DNA of 64,000 bases from Vitrella brassicaformis CCMP3155 (lineage: Eukaryota > Protista > Chromerida). Below are positions 60,325 to 64,000 of this stretch, one piece after another (positions within the stretch are counted from its first letter, which is position 1; every line of letters starts with the position of its first letter). A model generated the notes under the pieces. It searched no databases and was not told where the DNA came from. It saw nothing but the letters and a program-made list of their open reading frames with translations. The position numbers were made by a program, and so were the translations under genes. Location: positions 1 through 64,000 of the forward strand of contig CDMY01000258.1 in the NCBI GenBank assembly GCA_001179505.1. The letters are read 5' to 3'.

Positions 60325-63300
60325 CTACTCCTGCCATGTGAGTGGCGGCTCAAGCGTCTTGGTCAGGAAGGTGAACACATCTGCGATCTCCTCGAGCACT
60401 TTGGTGGTCGGCTTGCCCGCGCCGTGGCCGCTCTTGGTGTCGATGTAGGCAAACAGGGGCTGTTTCTGGCCAGCATGCTCCCGCAAATGATGCTGAGCAT
60501 ACAGACACAGAGGAGGGTCATTCGAACAGGGAAGGGTAGATTGGATATGCACCTGAATTGTGGCGATGAACTTGAGCGAGTGAAATGGCGACACGCGGTC
60601 GTCGTGGTCTCCCGTCAGCAACAGCAGCGCCGGATAGGAGCCGCCATCCGCAGGCACCTTCACGTTGTGTATCGGCGAATAGCTGAAGACACACACACAC
60701 ACATGCAGTGCAGCGCAGTGCAGCTCGTGGTGTCGGCGTCTGTTCGCTCGGTAGTGCATTTGATTACTTGATGACCGAGGCGAATCCGCTTGGGTCATCG
60801 CTGCAGCCGTAGTCGCTCTGCCACGCTCCCCCGATGCCGAACTTGTGGTACCTCAGCATGTCCATGACGCCCACCTGCACACACACGAATAGCCACACAC
60901 ATGGCAGTGGATGCACCTTTCTTTCTGTAGGTGCGATTTGTGGTGGAACGACTTGGGCAATGCAGGCCCCAAAGAGGTCTGGCCGCTGGTTGGCGCAGGC
61001 AGCCACCAGCAGCCCACCATTCGACCCGCCCTGGGACGCCAACCTGAACACACACACACGCGCAGACAGACAGACAGACAGACATCTGCTGAGCAGAAGT
61101 GGGGCTATGCACCGAGTGCTTCATGCCTTGACCTGCTTGGTGCGGTGTATCCGCTCTTGACCAGATAGTCTGCTGCGGATTGGAAATCGTCAAAGCAGTT
61201 CTGCACACAGCACAACAGCAACACGAGACCATTCTCCACCCAAAGCGCCACAAGAAACCATGCAGAGCAGAGCTAGAGCGATTCCACACCTGTTTCTTGT
61301 CGAGGCGGCCGTCGTGGTACCACGAAAGGCCATACTCTGCCCCGCCCCTGATGTTGGCCACGGCGTACACACCACCTGCACACACACACGTATATGCGAC
61401 ACACAGTGCAAGAGTGACACAACCATCCCATCCGTGCAGCGAGCGTGCAGAGGCAAGAGTCATTACCGAGCTCCTTCATCCAGATGAGGTTCTTTGGAGA
61501 GAATGACGGCGTGAGTGATATGGAGAAGCCGCCGTAGCCGTAGAGCAGCACTGGGTGAGATCCATCCAGCTTGAGACCCTGCATCGCGCAGACAAATCGA
61601 CAGACAGAGACAGGACGGGCACATCACATCGGGGCTGTCTGCACTCTGCACGTGTCTCTCTCTTTCCGGAGGATAGGGTACGTACCTTCTTGTGCGTAAT
61701 GAACATCGGTATCTTTCGGTAGTCAGTAAAAACACATACAAGAGTACGCAAACACAAACAAGAGTTCGCACAGAGGCATCATGGCATGGACACTGTCGGT
61801 GAGAAACACATCATGCAGGCCACAGCAGCCCTCGAGTCAAGTCACCTTAGTGCCGTCCTTCAGGCTCGGAAAGAACACCTGCACGGACAAGACAGAGAAA
61901 GATCATTCGTTTGATGGGGGTCCGATCCACGACACGTACCTGCTTCGTCTCGAACTCGCTCGAGTTGAAGCCCTTGACCTGAACATTCCAGCAGACCGCC
62001 CACCCCACACATCTTCCTTCGGTGAATTCACCCTCTACCCTCCTGCGTCCGCGTGTGTGTCACCTGTGCTTGTTTGAATATGGACGGCTGCAGCTCCCCC
62101 CCCGCGGCCAGCCCAGCCAGATCCAGACGATAAATGGTCGACGGCTCAGTGAAACCAGTCACCTTGTAGAAAATCTCTGACCATACACACACACACACGC
62201 ACGCACACACACACACACACGTGTCGGCTGAGTGGAGGTGGCATTGCTTTCTCCTCGTCTCTTTCTCCGCTCCCTCGCCGCACCCACCGGTGTCCTTCCT
62301 GCTGGATGAGGTGACCATCATGTTCATGCCGGCATCGACAGTCTTTCGGTGCTTTACCGTCACCTCCCGCCCCTCCCGCTCCTTCTCGGCCTCGACCCAC
62401 TCGAATGAGCCTTCACCGTCGTTGACCGTGAACAGCTCGAGCTTGTTACGGACGTCCTGCAGGTACTCACACAGCAGGATGTTGGGCGCCGCGCGGCTGG
62501 TGCCCTCGAGCACAGCGCCATTCTCTGCCTCGGGGATGACGTCGTATTGGCGGGCTATACGGCCTTCTGAAAGCGAAAGCAGAGGGGGAAAGGCATACGA
62601 TGAGTGTCCGGGGGAGCGGTCATGTCCTTCTCTCATTTCTTGCCTGGTGTTTCTGCGGTGAGGTCTATGTCCATGGCTATGACCTTGTAACGCTGCGCGT
62701 CCTTGTTTGTCTGCACATAAAGGTTTTGTACGTTGGTATGGCTGCACTACTGACTCGTGTGCTGCCCTGCCCTGCCCAGCTTGTGTGTGCATACCTGCCA
62801 CAGGAATGTCGGGCCGATGTTGCCGATCAAGTCGTATCCAGCATCGAAATTATCTGGATGATATGGACGGCTCAAGCAGGGTGTCACTCAGATGGGTGCG
62901 GTGTGTGTGCGCATGTGTGTGTACCGTACCGATGACTGGCTTCCACGACGACTTGACTTTGGTCATGTCCCTACCGATGGCCTCCAGATCACAAATCCAC
63001 ACTTGATTGGTCTGTTGGGTGCAACATGCACACACAGACAGAGTGTGCACGCCTTGTGTGCTGTATCTTCTGGTGCGTGGGGTCACTTTCATCTCTCACC
63101 GGCTCGCATGAACGGGAGATCGACAGCACAAGGTAGCGGCCATCTGCAGGCAGTCCAGAAGACATGCACACAACATCCACAATGAATCTTCACTCCACAA
63201 ATCCACACATCCATCCATCCATCCATCCACTCCTGGACCTTTGGTCTCTGAGGCGCTCGCCATCCACCTGACCCACACACCATCCGAACAGGGATGCATG

Positions 63301-64000
63301 CGGCGCATTGAGGCTGACAATGCGTCATTCTGCTCACTCAGGGTCGTCAAATTGAGCCAGGAGGACGTCTTCCGACTGGGGCGTCCCTAGCCGATGGAAA
63401 TACACCTATCACACACAGAATGGAATGCAAGACGGATGCACAGCGTCTCAGTGTCGCGTGTCTGTCTCTGCCGAACCTTTTGGTTCTGGTTCTTGGTCGT
63501 CTCCGTGCCGTCAGTTTTGGCGTACTTGTCGAGGTCGAAGTTGGAGTAGTACAGCCCACTGTCGTCGTGGTTCCAGCTCACGCCACTGTACTTGACCCTC
63601 TTGAGCTGGTCGTCGATCACGTACTGAGCCTCGTCGGCAGTGCTGTTGTCACCACTTGCCTGAAAGCTCTCCATGTCCACCACCTGCACACACCATGCAC
63701 CACACACCGTGAACGAGGGAAGGCCGACAGCATCTCTCTGAGCGATCTGTCCGTCTGTCATCGGCTTGCCTTGAATGCGGTCCAGTCCGAGCCCTTCTCA
63801 GAGATGCCGTAGGCCAGTTTGGAGCCGTCGTCAGTGAAGGTGAGTGATGTGAGGGCGATGGTGCCGTCCTCCGACCATGTGTTGGGGTCGAAGGCGCATC
63901 GGGAGGGTGCGTCCAGGGAGGGCAGGGTGTACAGCACGTATTGTTGCTGACATGACACGCAAACATGAATGACACACAGAGTCAATGGACGGACGGATGG
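60325..64000 (-). CDS. PREP: Prolyl oligopeptidase (peptidase S9A), 5' end outside the window
   Basis: [47 protein letters not shown], catalytic [35 protein letters not shown]. Confidence 0.95.

Noticed and set aside
1-64000. CRISPR arrays, tRNA/rRNA genes, prokaryotic operons or defence islands
   Set aside because: No repeat-spacer arrays or RNA-gene signatures were seen; the sequence is intron-rich eukaryotic DNA.

Overview
This is eukaryotic nuclear DNA with short GT-AG introns full of (CA)n, (GATG)n and (GACA)n microsatellites. One gene has a bipartite plastid-targeting leader. Together these suggest a chromerid alveolate such as Vitrella (inference; no search was run). Manual exon stitching gives about 15 genes: two paralogous secreted atypical protein kinases (one pseudogenised) plus an orphan kinase-like terminal exon, a GT61 glycosyltransferase flanked by a ~300-bp direct repeat, NAP1, an F-box-like protein with an internal TGA, a SPATA4-like CH protein, an alpha/beta-hydrolase with a UIM, TRAPPC1/Bet5, a HUN-domain (ubinuclein/HPC2-like) protein, an 11.5-kb double-helicase gene, a SAP-domain kinesin-13, a multi-C2 CEP76/CC2D2A-like protein, an orphan gene, a plastid-targeted flavin oxidoreductase, and the 3' part of prolyl oligopeptidase. 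The most interesting locus is 32403-43858: an intact UPF1/senataxin-type SF1 helicase fused to a probable RelE-like domain and a degenerate UvrD/TRANK1-like helicase, with RGG-rich and Tyr/Gly-rich disordered regions. It is a candidate RNA-surveillance or defence protein. Also notable are a head-to-head telomeric repeat island at 60046-60103 and recurrent 1-bp frame lesions in short homopolymers, which may be assembly errors. Gene spans include introns, and exon boundaries were inferred by eye.
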